NCBI GenBank assembly: GCA_010015585.1
Contig: ML975180.1
Length of the DNA stretch: 64,000 nt
Strand: one strand, 5' to 3'
Source of the DNA: Eremomyces bilateralis CBS 781.70
Lineage: Eukaryota
Under the pieces are notes generated by a model that had not been told where the DNA came from, made no database searches, and saw only the letters and a program-made list of their open reading frames with translations. The position numbers and the translations under genes were made by a program. The first letter of the stretch is position 1, and each line of letters opens with the position of its first letter. Shown here piece after piece: positions 36,336 to 49,460 of this stretch.

Positions 36336-39300
36336 ATGTCTGGTGAAGGGCGACCGCTGCTTCCGCACACGGCGCAGATACCAAATCTTACGACCTTTAC
36401 TCCGCAACCCATTGCGCCAAGGGAACAACAAAAGAGTAAGGGATTCTGCAATCGACTACCGTGTGGCAGGTGAGAATGAGGACGAAACTGACCTGGGACA
36501 GATTACGTCTTCGTCGATGAGCATAATCGGCATAAACGCCTCAAGGGTGAATGGCCCCGTGCTTCCCGGCTCTGAACTACAAGCAATGGTATCATCATAC
36601 TGACCAAAGCAGTGATGCGTGCTTGCGAAGGCTGCCGGAGAAGAAAGATCAAATGCGATGCCGCGACGACGAATTCATGGCCATGCGCCGCGTGCACACG
36701 GTTAAAACTCACCTGTATCCCTCCGACGGTGAGCTACGAGAACGATTCGGGACCTGGCTTGCATACATTCGACCTGAACTCTACGCATGCATATCCCCCG
36801 ATGGGTTCGGTTGACACGGACAGCTTGCAACGGCCGCACCATCCGATGCGCGCAAATACCTTCCCATCCGCCGAAGTCCATACGGCCATGTACTCGTCCG
36901 CTCCGGGCGCATACGATCCCGGGCGTCTGTATTCTCAGGGTACCTATGCACCGGGGCGATACGTCGACCCTAACGACCCGTTGCAGTATTCCACGGTTCC
37001 CACAACCCAGGCGGCCGATGATCTAAAGTTCACAGGGCAAGCATTGTACACCAGCCCCACAAGTGAGAGTGGGTGGAGGTCTGATCTTGGAGACACGGGG
37101 ATTGCAGAGGCTCTCGGGCAGCTCAGGATAGACCACGATGCCATCGGTGAGTCCCACGTCGGTTCGTCGAACATCGTCCGTACTAACGCAGACAGCTCCG
37201 TACATCCTGAGCCAAAAGAAGCTAGCCGAAGCGCCCGCCATGCATGAACTGGAGATCGATATCCCAGAGCATACGGGACCTGGCATGACCGTACACATAC
37301 CCTCAGAGATGATGCCTTCGGAGACCAAAGCACTGCATTATTTCGAGTACTTTTTTGCTCACATTCACCCGTTCGTGCCCGTCCTGAACCGAGCGTATTT
37401 CTACCAGCAGTGGCAGGCGGATCGCTCCTCCATCTCACCGTTGCTTCTTGAAGGAATATTCGCCTGCGCATCCCTCATGCTCGGAGAGCAAGATGAAGGG
37501 AACAAATGGCTGGCCTTAGCTTCGAGTAAGTGAACCATCCCCGTGTTGACCCCTGGCTGATCGTTTAGAACACGAGGAGAATTTTCGAGACGTGCCTCGA
37601 TTAAGCACGATCCAAGCAATGATCCTCCTTCTCAAAGCGAGGGAGGGTTCACCGAAACGGGGTTACTTTTACCGCTCATGGATGACGGTTGTGAATGCCG
37701 TCGCTATGTCCAAAGACCTCGACTTGCAGGAGCATCTGGAGACGCACCAGTTGGGCAAACCGTGCGGCTCGTCGTTATACGACTGCGGCATTAAGACGCG
37801 TGTGTGGGACACTCTGTTCGTGTTGGAGGTCATGGTCGGTGGCCCGCAAGGACGCTCCGCGCACGACTTCGGAGTCAAACCGGACACTGTTGAACTGGAT
37901 CCTCCGCAGGGTATCCCGGGGTTCGACGAGCACGAGATGCAGCTGACTCGCCAATTTACCTACTTCATGCGGATCGCAGACAACATCCGTAACACGAACA
38001 AGAGCCATCTTACCCTCCGAAAGAGGCAGAAAGATTGGGCCGTGGATCCTCGTTTCACCGCTCATAACCAGGTCTTTTCGCAGTGGCTTCACGACCTTCC
38101 GCAAGACTTGCAGATCATATACCCCCAAGAGCCATCCTTGCCCTGGATTCCATCGACGTTTGTTGGCCACCTCCACTGCTACCACTACTTGAGCCTCATC
38201 ATGCACCATCGTCCTCAGATTGACTGGCTGTCCGGTGTGAATGATGCCTCGTGGAAACAACATTTCATACTCTGCTACAACGCTGCCAAGACCATGTGCC
38301 GCATTTCTGAGTCTATATGGGAGGGTCATGGGCTTCCTGGACTGGTGAGCATGCTGCGAGGCATCAGCTTTACCATCTACTGCACGCTCACGTGCATCAT
38401 GCTTCATTTGGTAGGCGTCACGCCCTTGGATTGGAAGTTCCTGCTAACGACGGATAGGCCGCGATAACGAGCCCAGACGCCGAGCTCAACCACGATGCGC
38501 GTGAATACTTCTCCCGGCATATGCGGGTTCTCGAGAAGGTCGCGCCCGCGTTCCCGATGCCAGAAATGCAGGCGCAGATCAACGGACTCCGAGAAGCGTT
38601 TTCCGCCGACGTCACGAAGCCCTTCGAGCTGAAGGCCTCGTTCCCGTTCTCCAGCCCCACGCTTCGAAGCGAGGCCAGCCCCATCGGCACCGACAATACG
38701 TATCAGCATCAGCTTTCCGGTCAGGACCTTCCATCCATTGACCCTCCAGGTCAAGTCACCTACCATACCCATCCCATCACCCCACCGATCTCTGCCACAG
38801 GCTCGGATACCAGGGCTGACTCTCCTGTAGTTCAGTCGCTGATGTTGATGGCACAAGGCCAGGGGCCCCCTCAATCGTCGACCGGCATGCCGGCAGTGGA
38901 GCATTGGAACCCGTCAAGAATATTTGAGTGAGTACCGGGCGGTCCCCAGATCCAAATCTGTCTACTGATGTTATCACAGCCAATGGCATGTAGCATTCGG
39001 TACGCCTACTTCCCAGAATACCAACGACTCCTCTTCCCAAGCGTCCCCACCTCTGAGACCACCCCCCCTAGCAAACAACGCGTTCGATCAACGGTCGGTC
39101 CAAGAGCAGGCCCCTCCCAGTGTTGCGGCGGCGCCTCAACCCGCGTATAACCAAGCATACGTTCCCCAACGCGCACCAGGGCAGACACTCGCGTCCAGCC
39201 CCGTGCAACAGGCGCCATCGTACGTCACGCCGAGCATGTGGCAGGATGCGGTGGCCAGTTCGTTCAGCGGGATGAAGCGGCGCTGGGATTACGGCGCGCC

Positions 39301-39337
39301 TAATCAGGCCACTTCGGCCGCTCAACCGCATCAATGA
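36336..39337 (+). CDS. Zn(II)2Cys6 transcription factor with a fungal-specific TF domain
   Basis: Spliced 'NYVFVDEHNRHKRLK|VMRACEGCRRRKIKCDAATTNSWPCAACTRLKLTC', 'YFFAHIHPFVPVL', 'PRLSTIQAMILL' and last exon '...VTPSMWQDAVASSFSGMKRRWD'. Stop at 39335-39337. Confidence 0.88.
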
Positions 39338-39974
39338 GACATAGGAACTTCATAGCGCCTTGTTCGTTACGGATTATGTTACTATGGCATTTGGGTCGCC
39401 TCAAGTGCCTGGTTAGCCAGACAATGTACCTGGCATTCACTGAAAATTCCGAGACATCTCTAGGCGAAGGCCTCACTTGAGGAAAGGATAGCCTTCCATA
39501 GGCGAAGGCCCGACATCCACGAGCTTGGATTTAATGGATATTTATTTGGGATTGGGATTTCATGGACAGTTTTGCAATTAATCAGGTCGCGTTCTATACG
39601 GTTTATAAACGACGGTTATGGAATGCTCGACTGTACAAAATGACGAGAAAATCCTGGGGCGATTTATGACGGTTGGGAAGGGCTTGGATACTTCAGAGCA
39701 ATTTGCAGACGTGCGTGTGTCAGCGCATGCCTGCGAGCCTGCAAATGTACATTTAAACAGCGGCTAGATATTTTAGGTGATATCGGAATCAATTCCGTGC
39801 CTGGACACGGTACACTGTATTTTTCACAGTAGACAGGCCAAAATCTGCGATCCGGTTGGAATAGTAGAAACCGTGATATATGGACGGTCCGGAGCGAGAA
39901 TGGACCGGAGTATCTCATCTAGAAATGCGGATGCATGCCAATTACTGGTATATAATATTAATCAAATGATTTGT

Positions 39975-42900
39975 TTACAAGGCACAGATTGGACACTTGA
40001 TGACGTCGTCATCACCACTAGTCCCTCTTTCGGCAGCGCGTGCCTCCTTTAAACAATCCCCGTGGAAAATATGCCGGCACGCAAATACTATCAGCGGCCC
40101 CAACTCGCGCGATACTTGTTTGCCGCCCGTATCGATGTCCTCCTCCCCCTCCTCCTCCTCATCCGCGCCGTCGTCGTTAACCCGCCCTTTCCCCCTTTCT
40201 TCAGCGCCCCCCGCACGCTCCCTCCACATCTCCCGCCTAGAATCCTCCAACCGTTTCGTCCGCCGCTCCCACGACTCCCACACCTGCCCCCCGACGCCCG
40301 GGCCCCACACGCGGCGTCGGCACTGCTCGCAGGTCTGCCCCTTGGGTCTCCAGCCGCGCTGACGCAGGTCGTGCGCCCGTGCCACGTGCGAGAAGAGGTT
40401 CTTCGCGAGGAAGTCGGACGCGAGGGCCATGATGGCGGATTCGAAGGCGTAGGCGGTGAAGATTTCGGAGAGGAGGTCGCGGAGGTCGATGAGGGTCGCG
40501 GAGGTGGTGGTGCTCGCGAGGCGCGTGAGGAACTCGCGGAAGATTCGGAGGAAGATGGGAGGGGACTCGCTTGGGGTAGCCGTCAGCGGGGCGGGCGGGG
40601 GAAGAGCGCCGTCCGTCGATTTCGATTCGTCCTGGTGGATGCGTGGTTTGGGCCTTCGTTTCTCCGCCGGACGGCTGACGGCGGTGGCGGAAAGGAGGGC
40701 CGTGAAGGTATATTGGATCATGCTCCGCAGAGAGCCGATGATACGAAGCGGATCGGGGGAGGATTGGTCCAGATCTGTTTGTGATACGGAGCTCGCTGAA
40801 GAAACGCCACGGAGGATTCCCACCAAGGAAGTGATGAGGTCCACCCACATTGACTCCATGGGAGAGAGAGAGTTGGGCCCGGTCCTTGGCGTTTGTTCAA
40901 CCCCGTGTATTTCGCTTGACAGCTTCTTGGTGGTGCGTGACCCTCCCTGGCAAAGCCAAATCCCGAGTTTATAAAACTTGTCGATGGCAGATAGGAGATC
41001 ATCGGCGGTTTCCTCGGCATTTGGCCCGTCTGGGTTATCGGCGGCGGCACGCATGAGGCTGGCGAGGGCAACTTCCAATGTGCGCAGGTGATTGATGAGA
41101 CGCGCCATAGCATCCAGGACCAGACCGTCCCGTGCAAGAAGGAGAACGGCAGCGTCAATAGCCCCGGACTCTTCCATGGCAGGGATCAACACCTTGAGTT
41201 GCAAATCGCCCGAGGGCAGGCTGCTGATATAGTCCGCCACATGCTGCGGATCGAAAGAGCACATCAATTGGATATACTGCTCCTGATACTTCGTCCACGG
41301 TCCCATCTGGAGCGTCTCATTGTCCTCCATTGCAGCTTCGGATTCGAAAAGCGCCCGCATGAAAACGAAGCGGTTGTGGGAACCATCATGAAGCGCGGAA
41401 ATAAAACCGTCGATCGTGGCCGGCGTGCACTGCTGCAACGTTTCTGCCGTTTGAGCATTATCAATGTGCATCAAATCCTGAGCGTGTTGAACGATGACAT
41501 TCTCCACCTCCCGGGTCTGCTTGGGGGCGAGCCCGGTTCGTTTCGCGAACAGGGACCTGATGCAGAGGAAAACGGATTGCTTATCGTCAGGATCTTCGAA
41601 ATAAGCCTCGAGAAGCTGTGCGTGCTGCTTGGTGCCGCGATAGATAGATTTCAAGACACGGTAAAAGCCAGCATCGCGCAGCAACGGGATCAACCACTCG
41701 GTGTCTGCGGGGTGGTACTGCGACAAAAGGTACTCCACGCTGAGTTGACAATCTGATGCCAGTTCCTCGGAGGGGAATCGACACAAGCGCTCGAGGACCT
41801 GGTGCAGGGTTGGGGCCGGCAGGAGCAAAAACTGAGGGAACTTCGACATGCTTCTGGCAATGAACATGTCCAAATAGATGAGTTCGTCGGCGCCGAATTC
41901 GACCGACGACATGACGTCGAGCAGGATGCTCACGATGGTCTGTCTTGTCGGCGCTGTCGACGACTTGTGCTTCGTGCCGTTCATGACCGCGCCGTCCGCT
42001 GCCTGGCCAGCGTTATTCAAAAACGCATCCTCAAATGCTTCGTTCATGACGCTCATAAAACTGGGCGCATCGAAATGAAGGATCCGCCGGAGATAGGGGT
42101 ATGGCGCGATATCGTTTTCGGATACAGGGAATCGCACGAGGGTTTGAGAACCAGGAGGCCACTCGACGAGTTTGGACGAAAATATAAATCGATAGAGCTC
42201 GGATTTGGCCTCCCATGCGATGGAATCGTCCATGTCCGCACCGCTGGGATAGACGCGCCCGGTGAGCGCGAACGCTAAGTACGGAAACATTCGGGTTCCC
42301 GGACCAGCGCCTCCATCCTCGTCAGGAATACTTGGGTCAGGACGTTCGTCGATCGTCGATAGCATCTCGATAAGCGGCGTCACAAAATCGCCGAGCGCCT
42401 GGTTCCAAACATATGCCAGAGCGTCGTAGAGCTGAAACTTTTTGCACAGCGCAGTGGTCAGGTTGATGTCCATGTTCTCGGTATCAAGCTGGCAGATGAT
42501 CTCCTCAAGTTTGACGGCGCGATCGTGGGAGGCGTAGAGCGTGATGAGCTTCTGTAGGACCGTCGGCGGTACGGTCGTGATCCGCCTTTCGAGCACGTGC
42601 GGTTCCAAGACATCGAAGAACAACCATTCCAACGCCGTGTCTTCGAAGAAATCAAAAACGTCATCGAATAGAAATGCCGTTTCTCCGATGCTTAAACAGG
42701 CGGTGAAACTGGTGGCCGTGAGCTCCCTCATCCTCTCCACCGCATCTTCGTCAGGTTCGGAGTCTTCGAAGCGCTTGAACGAGTACCTGAACGACGCAGA
42801 GATGAGTTCCAGCAGCCGATCTCGGACGATCCCATGACGGGCATCGTCATCCTCGGGCAGGCCAACCGTCAATCGGTCTGCATCGCCGTTATAATACGAC

Positions 42901-44821
42901 GTGGCAAGTTCGATAGCTCCGATGTAATCGCCGTGTTCCATCAGCGCTAGAAGTCGGTCGGCCCAGTTGGAAAGGGTTCCGAAGGAAATGTCGTCGACCC
43001 CAAGGAGGAAGAGTCGGCCTTTGTATACGCGGAAGCTCATGTAGAATGCGTCTGCAACGACGCCGTGCATCGATGTATCGGAGCCATCAAGGTCTTCTAC
43101 CACAGGTCGCAGCTGACGAGAAAACAGGTCCTGGTGGAAGATGTGCTTATATATCATGTCCGAGGAGTCCGTTACTCGAAGCTCATTGTCTTCTAGGATT
43201 AGAAGTCTTTGGCTGATCGTCAATGCCGCAAGGACCGAACGACTGAGCCATTGGACGCAAACGATGGCTTCATCGCACTTCCACCGACTTCGCGGGCGGA
43301 AACTCACATCTGCCGGCTTGTCGGCATCGCCGTGCTCGACTGCCTCCACGTCTAGGACGGTGACAATGTTTGACCATACAAATGCTAACTTCGTCGTGGA
43401 GACATCATTTTTGGTGCCGAGTGTGGTTCGCTTGAGCCTGACTGCCGGAAACCAGGCAAGACAGCCGCTCAGGGCACTATGCGGAGGCAGGTCTTTTGGC
43501 CGGGCGGCTTTGAACTGGGTTTCTGCGATGGGTGTCGTCGACACGATCACGAGCAGATACGGGGTGAGCAGCGCGGTTAGGCCAAGACCATCGGTCGGTT
43601 GCTCGACGTTCCCGAGAGGGAGTGGGGAGAATGCCAGGACAGAGCTTGGTTTCCTTGCGCGTTCTGTCGACGGGTCCCCGGCAGGATACCGTCCAAGGAT
43701 ACGCGTCGTTTTCACCGTCCTACCCACGGCACCGAGTCCACGTGTGGCAAGGTGAGAGAAAGCCATTCCCCCATTGTCGGCCGAGACAAGGGCAGTGTGT
43801 CGTGTGCCCAGGAAGCCGACATGAATGACAGAGGCATCTGCAACATGGCCGTCGCCTCGTCGCTCGGCAATCCTAGATCTTTCCAGGGGAGGGATATGAA
43901 GAAAGGGTTTCCCCGGTCGCGATAGCTCCCATGTGAATATGTGGCCGCTCGCATGGCCTCCTGCAACGGTCGAGTGATCCGCAGAGATAGCCAAGGACGT
44001 GACAGGCCCGCACTCGATCGCTTTGGTTCCCAAGCCAATGGTTGACAGCAAACTCTGCTGGTAGTCAAACACCAATATCAATCCTTTGGAAGTGCCAATG
44101 GCTATCGAAGCCGCAACAGCGAGGCACGTTGGCCTCCCATAATTCCGCTTTCCCGTCTCGGAGAACACTTGTCCGGACAATCGTTTAAGTTTGGTCCATC
44201 GAACCACATCCCAAGGGTTCTGCGGCGTTTCGGACTCATCTGCAGGTAATAGCTGACCCGCAAGTGACGACTGCCGCGAATGGGTGGAAAAGAAAGCGGG
44301 CGAAAGGTTTCGAGGGGTCTGGAGAGGTGAGGGAGACAAGCGGCTAGTGAAGCGACGGTCGAAGGGTTGGAAATACCCGGCCCTCGTGCGGCCTACCGAG
44401 AGTCTACTGCTGCTGGCTGGGGAGGAAAGGACGGACGCCTGTTCGTACTATGTTAGTGGAGGCAGGGTATTCCATGAACGGAATAGCCTACATGTCTAGA
44501 TGGTGTGGCATCCACTGCGGAGGATGATTCCGCGAGGCTCTGCGGTCGGTCTCCTTCAGAAGGTAGTTGTGCGTCATTGTGGTCTCGCTGCCGCACTGAG
44601 TCGACATCGCTGCCGAAAGGAGAAAGGGGTTCGGATGTAGGGGGAGGTACATTATCGTACTCGTCTTGGTCGAGGGGGGAGGACGTAGGGTCCACGTCGA
44701 TGAATTGCTCCAGATCTCCTTCTATGGCGACTTCGGATATCGAACGATGGGGATCGGACAATGGCTCGGAGTTCTCGCTAACATCGGCGCTCTCGTCCGT
44801 CGCTCCCGGCGTCGAGTTCAT
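39975..44821 (-). CDS. VPS8: Vps8, CORVET complex subunit
   Basis: 1454-aa ORF plus an upstream acidic exon. N-terminal beta-propeller-like region ('IAIGTSKGLILVFD'), alpha-solenoid and a split C-terminal RING-H2 ('CEQC...CRHIFHGDC...CPIC'). Confidence 0.88.
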
Positions 44822-45398
44822 GAGGATCTCTCGATCGGCATCGCTGGGGGACGCCGTCGGTGGTTTCACGGCAATAGAAGTAACCCGATGCTTGTGTTTT
44901 CCACCTGAATCATATCATAGACGTTCGCGTTCTGTGGAAACGGCAGATCGACCATCGAGCGGCTGTATACGGGAAGACAGGCTGGTATCGCAGGATCACT
45001 GGCTTAACACAATACTTGATATTGGTGAGGCGAGGCAGATATCACTGGCGCGGAGGACAGGACGGAGCGATTCGTTTGACAGAACATACAATGCTCCAGC
45101 TCAATAATAGCATTGGAAATTGGAAATCCACAAAACCGACGGATCTATTGCAAGTATACGAACCACTACCGTCGTAATAGTCCGAGATGGATGTTGTGAA
45201 TAAGCTAATTATTGGACTGGTGGTTGGCTATCAACGTAATGAATGTGCGTACTGTGTAGTGCACGTGCTTCCGGCGTGGCCTTGAACTTGCCCGCGCTTC
45301 GGAGCGATTCCATCATCCCCAACATTATTAATACCTAATACCCAACACACATTGACTTCTTCCTCCTGTCCGTCATAAGAGACAACCAGACTCAAATC

Positions 45399-46056
45399 AT
45401 GGACGACAATAAAGATAACGCCAACCCCGTCATCCTCAATGCATCGGATCTGCCCACCCGCCATGGGGAATCGCTGTTGAAGAAGGCCGACGACCCCATC
45501 GGCATCTATCTTGGAGGCCTATTGTCCGCCACCCAACCGATTGACGATCCATTCGATGAAGCCCTCAGTGCTTCGGAGTCGGAAAGCGACCGCGATTTCG
45601 ACGAGGAGATTGACGCGCAGGAAATCTATGGTGCGTTCGCGCAAAGCCATATCCATTCCGTAAATCGCCACTGACATGGTGCTTTTAGATCTCATTGCTC
45701 CCATATCCGACCCGGAACACCCTCTCTCGCTCGGATCGTTGGCCGTCGTCAATCTTCCGGACATCCACATCTCGCGCCCGTCCTCCGCTCGATCCCGCAT
45801 CAGCACCGTGGTTATCGATATCACCCCGACCATCACCCACTGCAGTCTTGCCACCGTGATCGGCTTGGGCGTCCGGGTTCGCTTGGAACAGGCGCTGCCG
45901 CCGCGATTCAGAATCGATGTTCGGATCAAGGAAGGGACGCACAGCACCGGCGACGCGGTGACAAAGCAGCTCGGAGATAAAGAGAGAGTCGCGGCGGCTT
46001 TGGAGAATAACACCCTGAGGGGCGTCATCCGAAGGATGCTCTCGACATGCGAATAG
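45399..46056 (+). CDS. CIA2: Cytosolic Fe-S assembly component Cia2 (FAM96B/MIP18 family)
   Basis: 'DNANP', 'EIY|DLIAPISDPEHPLSLGSL', 'TPTITHCSLATVIGL' and 'KQLGDKERVAAALEN'. Intron 45631-45688. Confidence 0.92.
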
Positions 46057-47490
46057 ACCCATAGAGATGCTTCGACTGATCGAGGAGATACTTGGTTATT
46101 ACGTAACGCGACCTACCATAACGAGAGCCTGATCATGGCCGCGAAAATGCCGTGGGCGATCGAGGCCCCTCATGTTGCCCCACGGGCTCGAACGTCGAAA
46201 CCTCTACCCTCGGAGCCAATGATACAGGGCTGGATCAAATCAGTATCCTGCTCTGAGCAGCGCTTATCTACGACACTGGAGGGCCGCAATGCGTTCTTCA
46301 TACCCGTTGATTTCTCAACTGCGGTGGAGGATAGCCTCCTTGTGCAAACGGTTCCACGAAAACCGCGGAAATCACTTCAAGACCGGACGAAACTGTGTTT
46401 GACCATTCGTCAAGATTGAAATATTCGATGAACCGGTCCTTCATCGAGTCGTCGGGATATCCGGATGTGCGTAGGCATTTGAAGCACCTGCAACTGTACA
46501 TGGCAACAAACAGTTGAGCATTCTCTGAATGGACTCGATCAAGCTAAACAATACCCCATACTATATGACACGAAACGTTTGCCGGGTTCAACTGAAAGCT
46601 TGTCATAAGAGTCGCCGCATTGAAACGCGAACATTGCCCGCCGTACCGCGTAGATGTAAATACCTACCTAGTCTAGAATCAATCGTAGATGCCCTAAGCT
46701 ACTTTGGTTTCTGGACTTGGACAATTCCATGTATCTCACTCAGATTCAGGGCAATCGAGTACATTCGCCTAGCAAGAAAACCAATCGCTTCGTTCCTAGG
46801 TGGTTGACAGGATCGTTTCGGGAAATTCGGTCCGCTCGGGTTGTGGAGAGACTGATATTCAGTTCCATCCAGCACACAGTAACTCACAAGGTTAATAGAC
46901 AATAAAAGATTATAAAGGTTATCCTCGATCTCTCCAAAGAAATACGGGGGGAAGTTTCAACCAACATCAACGATACCAGTATCCGAATTCCCTCCTTTAA
47001 TCACGGGGAAAAGCGACTCTTCTTTGGCGCCCAAGTTTGGTCGGGGAATTAAGTATCATAAAATTCATGATTCGTTTCTCATTTCTCATTTCAGGAGGGT
47101 TAGGTCATGTCGATCGGGGCCAGACCATCCAGACCTTCCACGTGAAGTTTAAAGCACTCCACCCACCTCACCTAGCAAGAAATTAGTAACTCGAACAATA
47201 GACTTATGGAGTAGGCATAAACGGCTTTTCAATTTTAAAAAGGGCGAGCTGACGAGATTCGGTATCTTAGTCGATGGTTTCAGGTCTTGAAATACGGTGA
47301 TCGGCAGCTTAGGCGGCGGTTCAACTCACTCCAATTCGATTAGCGCCTGGGGTGGAGGCGTGGCCGCGCCGGCGATCCACGATGGGAGATCGGACGTTCC
47401 AGAATCTGGGTTAGGGTCGCGTTTCGCATCCCAGCCTCTCGCGAGAGGTCGATGTGGTGTTGTTCGTATTCTCGGTCATTTTAGAGGAAA

Positions 47491-47496
47491 TATAAA
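47491..47496 (+). promoter_or_regulatory. Probable TATA box of the lysozyme gene
   Basis: TATAAA starting 84 nt upstream of the ATG at 47575. Confidence 0.5.
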
Positions 47497-47574
47497 GGTA
47501 TCACGGCGCCAGATCTGCAGTGTCACTCGAAATCCAGTGCACGTCATTTTATACAGACTACAGAGACTTTCAGT

Positions 47575-48604
47575 ATGTTGTTCAAAGCTGGCCTGACCCT
47601 CTGCACCCTCGGGGCACTCTGCTCCACCGTGGTAGCAGAGTCCTGCACCATTTCCTCAGGTATGCCATAGGCACGAACGACTACAATGATACGAGACTGA
47701 ATGTAATCCAGGCGTTGCGGGTGAATGCCTCGCAACCTCAGAATGCTCCGGCACGTCGACCGCAGGGTTCTGCCCAGGAGCCGCGAATATCCAGGTATGA
47801 CAGCTTCCGTATCCCCTCGCCCAACCGGTCAGAAAGGATCGGGCCGTTGATAGGAATCTAGTGCTGCACCTACGGCAGCTGCACATCCGGAGGCGCGGCC
47901 GGCCTGTGTATCCCGACCTCTGGTTGCACTGGGACTTCTACAGCGGGCCTGTGTCCGGGACCGGCGGGCATCCAAGTACTAAATAGCACCGGCCTGAAAC
48001 CATCATGATTGCTGACCGACGCCGTACAGTGCTGCACGTCCGGAACTAGCAGCAGTTGCGATCCCCAGCCAATTAACGCGGCTACCGTGAGCTTGATCAG
48101 GGAGTTTGAAGGCTTCGTTGCTAGCCCGGAGCCGGATCCGATCGGGTTGCCGACCGTCGGCTATGGTCACCTGTGCCAATCGGACGGGTGTGCGGAAGTG
48201 TCGTATTCCTTCCCCCTGACTGAAGAGAATGCGGCAGCACTGTTGCACAGCGACGTGAAGGTAGGAGCCGGAACAATCCAACAGTAGTGTTCGAAGATAC
48301 TGACTTCCACCAGACTTTCGAGGACTGTGTCTACGACTACCTCGGCGCTTCGATAACCCTGAACGACAACCAGTTCGGAGCGATCGTCTCGCTGGCCTTC
48401 AACGTCGGGTGCGGCAACGTCAAGTCGTCCTCGCTCATCAGCCGACTTAATGCGGGCGAGACGCCCAACACGGTCGCGGCAGAGGAGTTCCCTAAGTGGA
48501 ATAAGGCGGGAGGATCCGTCCTGGCGGGCTTGACCCGGCGACGCGCCGCGGAGGTCGTGCTGTTCAAGACCGCGAGCGATGTCACCGCGCACCCGGCGTG
48601 TTAA
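47575..48604 (+). CDS. Secreted GH24 (phage T4/P21-type) lysozyme with two N-terminal six-cysteine repeats, ~267 aa
   Basis: Exons 47575-47659, 47712-47794, 47862-47975, 48030-48260, 48314-48604 join in frame. Signal peptide MLFKAGLTLCTLGALCSTVVA; catalytic E-x8-D-x5-T ('EGFVASPEPDPIGLPTVGYGH'); 'NQFGAIVSLAFNVG'; 'WNKAGGSVLAGLTRRRAAE'. Confidence 0.9.
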
Positions 48605-48969
48605 AAGGGGCCATGGATTCTCCTTGCTCTTCGAGTACTCTGAAATTTGGTTGAGAGAATGCAACCCTAGATCTCATAGAGAATGGAAGGCTAAGCTTGC
48701 TTCGCTTTGACCATCACGGATTTGATAGGCAGGCGTGGCAGGGCAGTTGAATGTGAGCGACTCCGCCTAGGCACAATGGACGACAAAGAATACACAGCAG
48801 TGGTCTATAGGATAATGTCAGTGCCATAATCCACATTCCCTATTATTGTTCAACTTCCATGCAATTAGTGAATACAGCGGTAAGAACCGTGAGATGAAGA
48901 GTGGATCAGTTGTGACAGTCGACAGGCCAGGACCACAGGAGACAATGCGCGATGCTCCAGATGACAATC

Positions 48970-49010
48970 CACGTGATTATACACGTGACACACAATTGAC
49001 GCTCCACGTG
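48970..49010. promoter_or_regulatory. Cluster of three CACGTG E-boxes (bHLH/Cbf1-type sites) upstream of TRA1
   Basis: CACGTG at 48970-48975, 48982-48987 and 49005-49010. Confidence 0.55.
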
Positions 49011-49460
49011 ATACTGACAGGGAATCACCACGCGCTAGTCTTAAAGAAGTCTAGTAGATTTCGGTTTCGACGACTGGCTCTCCCACACTTTTCGACTTTC
49101 GCGCGGAGGAGCTTCAGACCTTGAACTTTCTGCTCCCAGTCGCGTTCTCTGGTCCATTGGGATATCCAGCCTCACCTATACTGCCTTTCTCTCTCACCAC
49201 CACCCACTCCACCTACTCGTTCAGATCCTTCAGAATCCCTCCGAGCTCTCTGAAGTCCTCTTCTCCAGTCAATATCTAATTTGGGATTTGTATCTGCCGT
49301 TTACCTGTGAATGCGAGAAGTCCTAAACTGTCCACCCACCCACCCACATCTGCGCTCCCACTGCTCCATGACCACTTGTACAGTATAGAGCCTATACGAA
49401 CTCCAAGCTAAGAGGGAGATTGATCTCGAAGCCGCATATGCGGCTCCATCAGCTGCAACC

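Noticed and set aside
46135..46905. Short ORFs between CIA2 and the lysozyme gene
   Set aside because: No motif or coherent splice model; at most an unidentifiable relic.
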